Shown: positions 7,901 to 16,696, counted from the first letter of the stretch. The stretch is DNA of 16,696 bases from Promethearchaeota archaeon (GCA_048940645.1 JBHLOI010000067.1:1-16696); one strand, 5' to 3'. The notes: generated by a model from the sequence alone, not told the origin. Numbers and translations: made by a program.

Positions 7901-8046
7901 AAAAATGTATCATTAAAAAGCTAATTTTTAGACCAAAATTGAGAATATTTTAATTCCTAAAATTTTTTTTCTTAACCTCTTCATAAACTTTTATAAATTG
8001 ACAGATTCTATTCTATAATTATTGAGTGAATAGTAAGTTGATAAAT

Positions 8047-9576
8047 ATGTCATCAAAAGAAGAAGCATATAAGGAAATTGAAAATATTGTAGGTTCACAA
8101 TATATTTCTAATAAGGATTTTATGAAAGCTGCTTATTCGAGAAATGTTGACCCTGCATTTCCCGATAGATGGGCAGATATGATTGTAAGGCCAGAAACCA
8201 CCGAACAAGTTTCTGAAATCGTAAAGGTTGCAAATAAATTTAAGATTCACATGGTTCCAAGAGGAGGTGGAGCAGATTTAGTGGGTGGCTCAGTAACAAA
8301 AGGAGGGATTCTGATCGATCTCACCAGAATGAATAAAATTATTGAAATCAATGAGACTGATTTTTATTGTGAAGTTGAATGTGGAATTACATGGGGAAAT
8401 TTAGTCTCAGAATTACACCATAAAGGTTTAACAACGGGTGTTCTTGGTCCGGGAAGTGGTTTTTCAGCAACTATAGGTGGTGGCCTTTCAAATAGTACTG
8501 CTGGTTTTGGTTCCACCAAATATGGGGTTGTGCCTGATATTTGTTTGGGAGTAGAAGTAGTTTTACCTAATTCCCAAGGTACCATTATAAGAACTGGCGC
8601 GGCAGCTAATAAATATGCCAAGTCATTCTGTAGATATGGCGTCGCTCCTGATTTTACTGGACTGTTTATGGGAGATGTGGGCACAATGGGCATTAAAACT
8701 AAAGCCTTTTTAAAATTGTTTCCAAAAACTCCTTATAAAGCACAAAGATATTATATGCTTAATAAAAATGATTATAATAAAGTTGTAGAGTTGTTATATA
8801 AGTTAAGGAAAGAGGTTCGGGATGGATTGCACGATGTGCTGGTAATCCCTTTAGCCTTATTACAGATCTTATCTATGATGGTTGAGAATAAACCTGCTAA
8901 AAGAGCAAGATTAAAAGGACCAGTTTTTTCGATCTTGGTGGAAGCAATGGATGAAGATATCTTGGAACTACATCTGAGAAAAGTTTCCAAAATAATGGAA
9001 AATGATACTAGACCATTTGAATACCAAGAAATGGACTTAGATGCACCACTCTCAAAAGATTGGAAGTTCAGCTTAAAGTATGCATATAATTACTTTAATA
9101 AATATATCTCAATTGTACCACCCAAAATTTCTTGTACAACATGTCATAAAATTCCTATCTCAGAAATTCCTGAAGCGGCAAAACTAAGTCATGAATTTGA
9201 TATTAAAAATAAAGGGGAATTTCCATCACAAAGCATCTCTTTATTTGCCACAGTTATATTTCTTATGCCGAATGGGCATTGTGTGATTGTAGGAGGATTT
9301 AATGCTGATAATGTAGATGATCAACGTCAAATCTCAATGAAGATGTGGCACAAAAAATTAAGAAATCAAGTTCGGTATGGTGGGGTTCATTATTGGCTGG
9401 GGGAGGCTATTTCCCAATCAATAGTAGAAGCTGATGCTTATACTCCCGAATTTATACAATTTTTTAAAGATATGAAAAAAACAGTGGATCCTAATTTTTT
9501 ATTAAGCCCAAACAAATTCCATATGTATAGTTTTAATGATGATATCACAAAGTATATAATCAAAAATGATAAATAG
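8047..9576 (+). CDS. FAD-binding oxidoreductase, VAO/PCMH family (GlcD / D-lactate dehydrogenase-like)
   Basis: IVRPETTEQVSEIVK.A, VPRGGG..L.GG, IDLTRMN, ATIGG, G..GTMGI.TK and C-terminal K..VDPN.LLSP.K. The ORF track starts at GTG 8026; ATG 8047 is more likely. Confidence 0.9.
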   Translation: MSSKEEAYKEIENIVGSQYISNKDFMKAAYSRNVDPAFPDRWADMIVRPETTEQVSEIVKVANKFKIHMVPRGGGADLVGGSVTKGGILIDLTRMNKIIEINETDFYCEVECGITWGNLVSELHHKGLTTGVLGPGSGFSATIGGGLSNSTAGFGSTKYGVVPDICLGVEVVLPNSQGTIIRTGAAANKYAKSFCRYGVAPDFTGLFMGDVGTMGIKTKAFLKLFPKTPYKAQRYYMLNKNDYNKVVELLYKLRKEVRDGLHDVLVIPLALLQILSMMVENKPAKRARLKGPVFSILVEAMDEDILELHLRKVSKIMENDTRPFEYQEMDLDAPLSKDWKFSLKYAYNYFNKYISIVPPKISCTTCHKIPISEIPEAAKLSHEFDIKNKGEFPSQSISLFATVIFLMPNGHCVIVGGFNADNVDDQRQISMKMWHKKLRNQVRYGGVHYWLGEAISQSIVEADAYTPEFIQFFKDMKKTVDPNFLLSPNKFHMYSFNDDITKYIIKNDK

Positions 9577-9587
9577 GTGGGTAATTA

Positions 9588-10802
9588 ATTACTGAATTTA
9601 ATCCAAAAGAAAAATTTAAGCATTTAAGTAAATTTGGTAACCTTCTCCTTCAGTGCATAAGTTGTGGTGATTGCAGAGAAGCTACAGATTATACGGCAAA
9701 TCCAGCAAAATGGGGTGTATGCGTAGCCAGAGATCATACCTCTGGCTTTGAACCCTTTTTTGGAAGGGGAAAAATGCAAATTATTCGATCACTTTGGCAA
9801 GGGAAATTGGAATTAAGCAGAGATATGGCAGAAGTCATTTATCAATGTCCTACCTGTAATGCTTGTACAGAAGCATGTGCTTATGAAATGGATAATGCGC
9901 TCATGTATGAAGCTCTACGGGCAGAATTAGTCGATGCCGGTTGTGGGTTAGAAGCACACATTCCAATGAATAAAGCTATGGTCGAGTTGCTAAATCCCTA
10001 TGAGCGTGATAATAAGCAAAAAAACGAGTGGGTCAGCAAATTAGATTTCAAAATCAAGGATGCGTATTCTGAAAAAGCAGATGTATTATATTTTGTTGGA
10101 TGTACAGCTGCTTTGACTCCCTTAATCCAAACTGTGGCAATAAATACAGCTAAGATTCTTAAAAAATTTAATGTTGACTTTGCAATATATGGGGAAAAAG
10201 AAATATGTTGCGGAAGTGTCGCATTAAGAACAGGAAATAGGGATGCATTTAATTCTGTTACAATTAACAACTATGAATTATTCAAAACGAGTGGAGTTAA
10301 AACAATCATAACAAGTTGCGCTGGTTGTTTTAGGACTTTAAAAGTAGACTATGCTGATTTTCTTGAAGATTTAAATATTGAAGTACTACATACAGCGGAA
10401 TTTATTAGAAATTTTATTGAAAAGAATGACATTGAAATGAGAAATTTAGGTATTAAGGTAACTTATCACGATCCATGTCATACGGGAAGAAATATTGGTG
10501 GTATACCTCTTTATGAGGCACCACGAGAACTAATAAGCAAAATTGCGAATTTAATTGAAATGAAAACAATTAAAGAAAATACAAAGTGCTGTGGTGCTGG
10601 TGGTGGTGTAAAGAAAGGATTCCCGGATCTAGCTTTAGAAATAGCTAAAAGTAGGATAAGAGAAGCAGAAGAGACTGGAGCAGATTATCTTGTTAGTATT
10701 TGTCCTTTTTGCTATAGAAATTTATCTGATGCGATTCACGCTCTCAATTCAAATCTTATAATGGCGGATTTGACCGAATTAATTTATAAAGCTCTAGATT
10801 AG
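9588..10802 (+). CDS. (Fe-S)-binding protein, GlcF/HdrD-like: two ferredoxin-type motifs plus two CCG domains; probable ATT start
   Basis: The frame is open from 9585. CISCGDC...C lies upstream of ATG 9774, followed by CPTCNACTEAC and the CCG motifs EICCGS/TSCAGC and YHDPCH/KCCGAGGG/ICPFC. SD-like AGGTGG at 9575-9580. The product call is firm; the start is uncertain. Confidence 0.88.
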   Translation: MTEFNPKEKFKHLSKFGNLLLQCISCGDCREATDYTANPAKWGVCVARDHTSGFEPFFGRGKMQIIRSLWQGKLELSRDMAEVIYQCPTCNACTEACAYEMDNALMYEALRAELVDAGCGLEAHIPMNKAMVELLNPYERDNKQKNEWVSKLDFKIKDAYSEKADVLYFVGCTAALTPLIQTVAINTAKILKKFNVDFAIYGEKEICCGSVALRTGNRDAFNSVTINNYELFKTSGVKTIITSCAGCFRTLKVDYADFLEDLNIEVLHTAEFIRNFIEKNDIEMRNLGIKVTYHDPCHTGRNIGGIPLYEAPRELISKIANLIEMKTIKENTKCCGAGGGVKKGFPDLALEIAKSRIREAEETGADYLVSICPFCYRNLSDAIHALNSNLIMADLTELIYKALD

Positions 10803-10903
10803 TATTACTTAAAAAGGCTCAATTAAAATTATTTAGATTTAAATTTATATTTGTCTTATTGTTTAATGTCCTTTATTTAAAATAAAATGAGGGTGTTATT
10901 CTT

Positions 10904-12748
10904 TTGTCATTAAAAACAATTTTTAAAAACATTATTAAAACATTTATTATAGGGACTGTAATTTTATTTGCGGGGCTAATTCTTACCTTTATACTTATGA
11001 ATCTCCTCCCAATAGATCCAGTACTAGCACATTTACCGCAACTTTTTACTCCTGAACAATATCAAGCAATGGCAGATCACCTTGGCTATGATGAGCCTCT
11101 TATTATACAATTTTTCATATTCCTTGGTAATTTTCTTACTGGAAATTGGTATAGATCGAGTAACATTTTACCTGGTATTCCAGTTACTGATTTATTGGTC
11201 GGAAGCGGAAGGCTTCAAAGAACCTTTGAGGTATTACTATTACCTTTAACAGTTGGAGCAATTGCGGGAATTTTGATTGGTTTAATCTCAATTAAAACTA
11301 GAAAGAAATGGCTAAAAATAATCATTCAAATTCTTAATGTGCTTGGTTACGCTGTGCCTGTAATATTCCTTGTGTTATTTTTCCAATTTGGAGCTTTCAT
11401 GTCGGGAAACTTGCCCACTTATGGATTTAAAAACATGGCTTATGGTGATCCGCCTTTTGTTACTGGCTTTCGAATATGGGATTCCATACTTGCAGGACGA
11501 TGGGATTTAGCATTTGATACAGCTCTCCATTACATTTTACCAGGACTTGTATTAGGCTTCACGATATCAGCCCTAATAGTAAAGCTTGTTCGTATAAATG
11601 CAGTGAATAAGGCCCAACGAACCTCTATAATATATAATACTGCCAGGATAGCTCTAATTTTTGGTTTAATACTTGGTTATGCGATATTAGTAGGTTATAT
11701 GTTTAACTTATACGAATTCGGTAAATTATTTGTAGATGCTCTACAATCGCAAGATTATTATGTAATTCAGGCATGCCTCTTTGTAGTTATTATCACTATT
11801 GTTTTGGTGACATTTGCCGCTAATATAATATATAGTATATACCATCACATGGTCGAAAAAGAAATATGGCCTACAACATGGATAAGAAAAGAGAAAATTT
11901 CACAGAAGGAAAATTCGAATGAGCTTAGCAGTAATGTAGAAAAAGAAAGAAACCCCAACACTTTCAAAGATTTTAAGTCATACTTTATTAGAAAACTAAA
12001 ATCCCCATTAACAATTATTGGATTAATATTCTTTCTTTTTTTTGTAGTAATTTCGATTGTTCCTCAAATAATAACTCCATATAGTCTTACTGAAGCTGTA
12101 AGTGCTTATCCAGATCCATGGATACCACCTTCTCCAGGGCATCCCTTTGGAACAGGATACCAAGGGCGAGATATATTAGCACTTGTGGTGTACGGCATTC
12201 AAGATGCATTAATTTTTGGCTTTTTAGTTGTTCTTATAGGAGTTGGTGGGGGTCTACTCTTCGGATTTTTCGCAAATAATCGATTTTATGATAACAAATT
12301 CCATAGATGGTTCGGTAGATGGGTAATTATGGGATTCCTCTTACTATTTTACATAATGCCTTTCTTTTTTCTTATTCCAGTGATCACGACTGCTTTTGGG
12401 TTAACTTATTTGACTTTCTTAATCATTATTGGTGTAATATTAATCCCGTTATTTACATGGATATTTGTCAGAACTGAATATAAAATTTTTGAAATTCTAA
12501 AAAAATTGATTATTTACATACCTTTATTCGTTGGATTTGCAACATTAATTTATGTTTCATTAGGTTTCTTAGGATTCCATGATTCCAATATAATCCATCA
12601 ATTAGGTAATACCATTGATCTTGGAAGAACTTATTTACTTATTGCTCCTTGGGCAACACTTATACCTGCAATATCCCTTTTTCTTTTAACTTTGGGCTTG
12701 TTTCTAATATACGAGGGATTTCAAGATCATGTAAAAAGAATAAGGTAA
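10904..12748 (+). CDS. Fused DppB-DppC (peptide/nickel ABC permease-derived) membrane protein, apparently lacking EAA loops; paralog 1
   Basis: DppB-type P.DPV..LG.D.PL..Q, TGF..DS...G.W...HYILP and QDY.VIQ. DppC-type PPSPGHPFGT...GRDIL and APW...P. TTG start with GAGGGTG SD. Confidence 0.85.
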   Translation: MSLKTIFKNIIKTFIIGTVILFAGLILTFILMNLLPIDPVLAHLPQLFTPEQYQAMADHLGYDEPLIIQFFIFLGNFLTGNWYRSSNILPGIPVTDLLVGSGRLQRTFEVLLLPLTVGAIAGILIGLISIKTRKKWLKIIIQILNVLGYAVPVIFLVLFFQFGAFMSGNLPTYGFKNMAYGDPPFVTGFRIWDSILAGRWDLAFDTALHYILPGLVLGFTISALIVKLVRINAVNKAQRTSIIYNTARIALIFGLILGYAILVGYMFNLYEFGKLFVDALQSQDYYVIQACLFVVIITIVLVTFAANIIYSIYHHMVEKEIWPTTWIRKEKISQKENSNELSSNVEKERNPNTFKDFKSYFIRKLKSPLTIIGLIFFLFFVVISIVPQIITPYSLTEAVSAYPDPWIPPSPGHPFGTGYQGRDILALVVYGIQDALIFGFLVVLIGVGGGLLFGFFANNRFYDNKFHRWFGRWVIMGFLLLFYIMPFFFLIPVITTAFGLTYLTFLIIIGVILIPLFTWIFVRTEYKIFEILKKLIIYIPLFVGFATLIYVSLGFLGFHDSNIIHQLGNTIDLGRTYLLIAPWATLIPAISLFLLTLGLFLIYEGFQDHVKRIR

Positions 12749-12753
12749 AATTC

Positions 12754-12764
12754 TTTTTTTTTTT
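12754..12764 (+). terminator. Oligo-T terminator between the permease paralogs
   Basis: Run of 11 T starting 6 nt after the stop. Confidence 0.5.
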
Positions 12765-12900
12765 AATTTCTTCTTGTTTTTCATTTGCTTTTCCAAGTAA
12801 GTCTCTTAACTTTTTATAAAAGTTAGGAATTATTTACAAAAATGTTTAAATTTATGCTTATCTTAGTGATTCATCGTCTGATTAAAAGGCGAAAATAATA

Positions 12901-14757
12901 TTGCCAAGAATACCTAATATTGTAAAAAACATCTTAAAATCGTTTATTATAGGGATTGTAATTTTATTCGGAGGATTAGTTATTATCGCTAATCTTGTAA
13001 GATTATTCCCGGGAGATATAGTAGCATCATATTTACCAGCACGTGCCACCCCAGAAGAATATTGGGCGAAATATTATGAATTGGGATTTCATCTACCGTT
13101 ATGGCAGCAATTTTTTTTGTTTCTTGGTAGGTTCTTTACTGGACAATGGGGATTTTCTATAAATGTTGCTAGAGGTGTGCCAGTTATTGAGTTAATAGGA
13201 GGGGGAAGGATTCAACATACCCTTGAAGTATTACTATTACCTTTAACAGTCGGGGCAATAGCGGGAACTATGATTGGTTTAATCTCAATTAAAACTAGAA
13301 AGAAATGGCTGAAGAGAATTATACAAATTCTTAATGTGCTTGGTTATGCGGTTCCTGTAATATTCCTCGGGCTATTTTTCCAATTTGGGGCTTATTTGTC
13401 GGGAAACCTGCCTACAATGCATTTTAAAAACCCTGCTTACCCTGATCCACCTTTTGTCACGGGTTTTCGAATATTGGATTCTCTAATCTCAGGGCAATGG
13501 TATTTAGCATTTGATACAGCTCTTCATTATATATTACCCGGACTTGTATTAGGGTTCACGATATCAGCTTTAGTAATAAAGGTTATTCGTATAAATGCAG
13601 TAAATAAAACAGAAAAAACATCTATAATCTATAATACTGCTAGGATAGCTTTTCTTTTTGGTTTAATATTTAGTTATGCTATGTTGGTAGATATGATATT
13701 CAATTTATTTGGTTTTGGGAATCTAGTTTTAGAAGCAATAACTGGCCGTGACTATAATGTAATTAAAGGATGTCTCTTTGTAGGTCTCATCATTATAGTT
13801 TTGGTAGCATTTACTTTTAATATAATCTACTGTGTTTACCACTATATGGTAGAAAAAGAAAAGTGGCCCACAACGTGGATAAGGAGGGAAAAAACAGTAC
13901 AAAAGGAAGGCTTGAATACTTTTAACCAACCATCAAATAACCCTAAGGTGAAGGAGAGAAATCCTAACTCTTTCAATGATTTTAAAGCATATTTTCTAAA
14001 AAAACTAAAATCTCCATTAACAATTATTGGATTGATATTTTTCCTCTTTTTTGTATTAATCTCTATCTTCCCCCAAATATTAACTCCTTATAGCATTGAA
14101 GAAGCAGATGCAATATATGAAATATATTGGACACCACCCTCCCCAGCTCATCCATTAGGAACCACCTATATGGGGCGTGATGTTCTCGCACGTGCAGTGT
14201 ATGGCATACGGGAATCATTAATATTTGGATTTTTAGCCACTCTTATAGGAGTGGGTGGAGGTTTACACTTTGGATATCTTGCTAATAACAAATTTTATGA
14301 AAGGAAATACCATAAATGGTTCATTAGATGGGTAATTATGGGATTTATGTTGCTTTTTTACTTACTTCCTATTCTTCTTTTTCTAATCGCGATAACAAGT
14401 ATTTTTGGGAGGGAATATACGATCTTATTAGTATCTAGTGGTGTATTATCAATCCCGATATTTACGTGGATCTTTGTTAAGACTGAATATAAAATTTTTG
14501 AAATCCTTAAAAAAGTGATTATTTACATACCGTTATTCGTTGGATTTATCATCATTATTTATAATTCATTAGGATTTATAGGATATAGTGATCCAGATTT
14601 TATTCAATTGGGCATGGATATCAGTAACGCTCGAGGGCATATTTTAATGGCACCTTGGGCTGTATTATCTCCAGGAGTTGCTTTTTTTCTTTTAACACTG
14701 GGACTATTCTTTTTGCATGAGGGATTCCAAGATTATCCTAGACATTCAAGGTATTAG
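12901..14757 (+). CDS. Fused DppB-DppC (peptide/nickel ABC permease-derived) membrane protein, apparently lacking EAA loops; paralog 2
   Basis: Colinear paralog of 10904-12748: PGD..., LGF..PLWQQF, HYILPG, RDYNVI, PPSPAHPLGT...GRDVLAR.VYG.R.SL and APW...PG. TTG start. Confidence 0.85.
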   Translation: MPRIPNIVKNILKSFIIGIVILFGGLVIIANLVRLFPGDIVASYLPARATPEEYWAKYYELGFHLPLWQQFFLFLGRFFTGQWGFSINVARGVPVIELIGGGRIQHTLEVLLLPLTVGAIAGTMIGLISIKTRKKWLKRIIQILNVLGYAVPVIFLGLFFQFGAYLSGNLPTMHFKNPAYPDPPFVTGFRILDSLISGQWYLAFDTALHYILPGLVLGFTISALVIKVIRINAVNKTEKTSIIYNTARIAFLFGLIFSYAMLVDMIFNLFGFGNLVLEAITGRDYNVIKGCLFVGLIIIVLVAFTFNIIYCVYHYMVEKEKWPTTWIRREKTVQKEGLNTFNQPSNNPKVKERNPNSFNDFKAYFLKKLKSPLTIIGLIFFLFFVLISIFPQILTPYSIEEADAIYEIYWTPPSPAHPLGTTYMGRDVLARAVYGIRESLIFGFLATLIGVGGGLHFGYLANNKFYERKYHKWFIRWVIMGFMLLFYLLPILLFLIAITSIFGREYTILLVSSGVLSIPIFTWIFVKTEYKIFEILKKVIIYIPLFVGFIIIIYNSLGFIGYSDPDFIQLGMDISNARGHILMAPWAVLSPGVAFFLLTLGLFFLHEGFQDYPRHSRY

Positions 14758-14807
14758 TATCCAGTTTTAAAATTTTCTTTATTTTTTATATAATATTATT
14801 AAAAAAA

Positions 14808-15737
14808 TTAAGTTGGAACTTTTGTTATTTCTAAATTTTTCTCCAGCTTTTTATTGTTCTGAATAGTTAAACTATTTTTTTTCCATAGAAATGAAGAAAT
14901 TATTGCTATAAAAACTATTAATAGTGGATAGATAATAACTTCCAATAGTGATGGATTGGCATTATATCCAAATAGAGTTTTTAATAATGAACCGATAATT
15001 TCAAGGAATTCTGGTGTTGCTGGATTACCATCAGGAAAACTTTCCGGCAAAATCGATTTTATATTCCAAACTTCTTCTATTATTGGATTTATTATACCTG
15101 CTTCTATTAATTCATGAATACCATATGTTATTAGGCCAGCAGCAAATAAAATTAGAAGTACATTTGTTATTTTGAAGAATTTTGTTAAGTTAATGGATTT
15201 AATTCCATAGAAAGTCAAAATTCCAATTAATGCAGAAACAGACAATCCAATTAAAGAACCAATAATTACATCTATTTGATTAAGTGAACCAACTGAAGTT
15301 GCTCCAGTTAAAAGAAGCACTAATTCAATTCCTTCTCGTATTATAATAACAAAAGTTAATGTCGTAATTGAAAAAGCCTTTTGTTTTTCAATTGATTTTT
15401 CAATTCTATTTTCAATGCTTTCCTTTAGTTTAGGACCTTCTCTACTCATCCATAAGATTAAAGTTATAATAAATATTCCTGAAATAATAAACGTAAAACC
15501 TTCAAAAATTTCTTCAAGAGTTCCACTAAAGCCTCCAAAAAAGCTATTGAATATTATGGCAAATAAGATACTCATGATAATAGCCATTACACTACCAAGA
15601 AAAACGTATTTGTAATAGTAGTTTTGTTTTGAATTTTTTAGGTATAAGATTATTATTACAATAACTAAAACTGCTTCTAATCCTTCTCTAAATGCTAGAA
15701 ATAATGGGACGGTTAGATCTATAACTGAAAATATCAT
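14808..15737 (-). CDS. FTR1/EfeU family iron permease
   Basis: Two RExxE motifs (FREGLE, IREGIE), EIFEG, FFKIT..LLILFAAGL..YGIHEL.EAG and LFGY. Confidence 0.95.
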   Translation of the reverse strand: MIFSVIDLTVPLFLAFREGLEAVLVIVIIILYLKNSKQNYYYKYVFLGSVMAIIMSILFAIIFNSFFGGFSGTLEEIFEGFTFIISGIFIITLILWMSREGPKLKESIENRIEKSIEKQKAFSITTLTFVIIIREGIELVLLLTGATSVGSLNQIDVIIGSLIGLSVSALIGILTFYGIKSINLTKFFKITNVLLILFAAGLITYGIHELIEAGIINPIIEEVWNIKSILPESFPDGNPATPEFLEIIGSLLKTLFGYNANPSLLEVIIYPLLIVFIAIISSFLWKKNSLTIQNNKKLEKNLEITKVPT

Positions 15738-15798
15738 ATTATTATCAAATTTTTTATCTTGTTTACTAAGAATTAAAAAATAAAAAATAATATAAATT

Positions 15799-15812
15799 TT
15801 AGGCTTATCTAA
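15799..15812. promoter_or_regulatory. Candidate DtxR/MntR-family metal-repressor box
   Basis: TTAGGCTTATCTAA (TTAG-N6-CTAA), about 60 nt upstream of the FTR1 start and next to a minus-strand TTTATA (15791-15796). Confidence 0.5.
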
Positions 15813-16011
15813 TATAAGAATTCTATTACTTAATAGGAAAAAACTTTATCATGTTTCTATAGAATTTTATAATCTAAAATTCTATTTTTAATGGTTAAAT
15901 GAGAGAAATATATTCTAAACTCACTAAATCTCTAAATAAAAACCAAAAAGATTAATTATAACCATTTTTATAAATCAAAAATTTTATCAATTTCCTTTAA
16001 TTTCAATCTAC

Positions 16012-16656
16012 ATGGATGTATATGCAATTTTATTCATCTATGGGACTTTATTTCTTATGGAATTAGGAGATAAAACGCAATTAATTGTATTTAATCTTGC
16101 TTTAGAGTACAAAAAGTTTTATAAAGTAGGTATAGGAGCTTGTATTGGATTTGCTTTAATAGTTACCATTGGAGTTTTCTTCGGAGCAATCATAGCTGAG
16201 TTAGTTCCTTCCTTTATCATATCGATTGTATCAGGAATTATATTTATAATAATTGGCCTTCTAGAGACACGTTCTCTTAAATCACTTTATTTTGATAGAA
16301 AGAATAAAAGTAAAGAAATTATTGAAAGTAAAAATGAAGAAAAAAAAGAATATCAAGAAAATAATAAGAAATTAAGATTTACAAAATTAAGGAAAAATCC
16401 TTATTTAGCAGGATTTGGTTTTATTTTTCTTATGGAGCTTGGAGATAAAACCCAAATAGCCACAATTTCCTTTGCTTCAACAAAACCTCTAATAGAAGTG
16501 TGGATTGGTTCATTTCTAGCTCTGATTACAGTAGCATGGATGGGAATTTTGATAGGTGCCTCAATTGCGAAAAAAGTTCCAAAATTTTATCTAAAATTGC
16601 TATCTGTATTAATTTTTATAATAGTTGGAATTATAACTATTATTACTTCTCTCTAA
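16012..16656 (+). CDS. TMEM165/GDT1 (UPF0016) family Mn2+/Ca2+ transporter
   Basis: Two E-x-G-D-K-T-Q motifs (LMELGDKTQL, LMELGDKTQI) separated by a charged loop. Confidence 0.95.
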   Translation: MDVYAILFIYGTLFLMELGDKTQLIVFNLALEYKKFYKVGIGACIGFALIVTIGVFFGAIIAELVPSFIISIVSGIIFIIIGLLETRSLKSLYFDRKNKSKEIIESKNEEKKEYQENNKKLRFTKLRKNPYLAGFGFIFLMELGDKTQIATISFASTKPLIEVWIGSFLALITVAWMGILIGASIAKKVPKFYLKLLSVLIFIIVGIITIITSL

Positions 16657-16696
16657 ACTTTACAAAATTCAGGGTCATTAATTGATATTAGTTGTA

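Larger units (their letters stand above)
10904..14757 (+). repeat. Tandem gene duplication (about 2.0 kb period)
   Basis: Identical 40-mer TGATTGGTTTAATCTCAATTAAAACTAGAAAGAAATGGCT at 11274-11313 and 13271-13310, plus many other shared segments. Confidence 0.9.

Noticed and set aside
10904-14757. Permease fusions as pseudogenes or an assembly duplication
   Set aside because: Both ORFs are intact and substantially diverged with many synonymous changes, and they share the same internal deletions.
1591-16685. Short alternative ORFs (1591-1800, 3096-3416, 5958-6227, 7407-7682, 8364-8693, 8772-8990, 9998-10270, 13729-13929, 15415-15615, 16500-16685)
   Set aside because: All lie within or largely overlap well-supported genes and have no recognisable motifs, so they are shadow ORFs.

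Overview
Very AT-rich, gene-dense prokaryotic window, probably archaeal. TTTATA boxes, oligo-T terminators, GAGGTG-like SD sites and the protein repertoire suggest Asgard/Lokiarchaeia, which is an inference. I count 17 protein-coding genes. From left to right: a PNPOx-like/MarR/GNAT operon; an alpha/beta hydrolase; an MBL hydrolase coupled to a HeH/coiled-coil/wHTH protein; a tandem PH/GRAM-like + winged-helix + Zn-ribbon protein; a YoaP-like GNAT; an acetoacetate decarboxylase-family gene; a Cys-rich AbrB (HgcC-like) gene followed by arsM; a GlcD-like FAD oxidoreductase with an Fe-S/CCG partner; two tandem DppB-DppC fusion membrane proteins; and a divergent FTR1 / GDT1 pair. No RNA genes, CRISPR or mobile elements were seen. 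Most notable: (1) all four permease halves of the two fusion proteins appear to lack the EAA ATPase-coupling loop, and no ATPase or binding protein is in the window; (2) arsM follows an HgcC-like AbrB gene with a repeated CGGAnAnCCGGAAG motif upstream and no ArsR in the window; (3) the Fe-S gene needs a non-canonical start, probably ATT, to include its first cluster motif; (4) the PH-PH-WH-Zn protein is reminiscent of eukaryotic trafficking adaptors.
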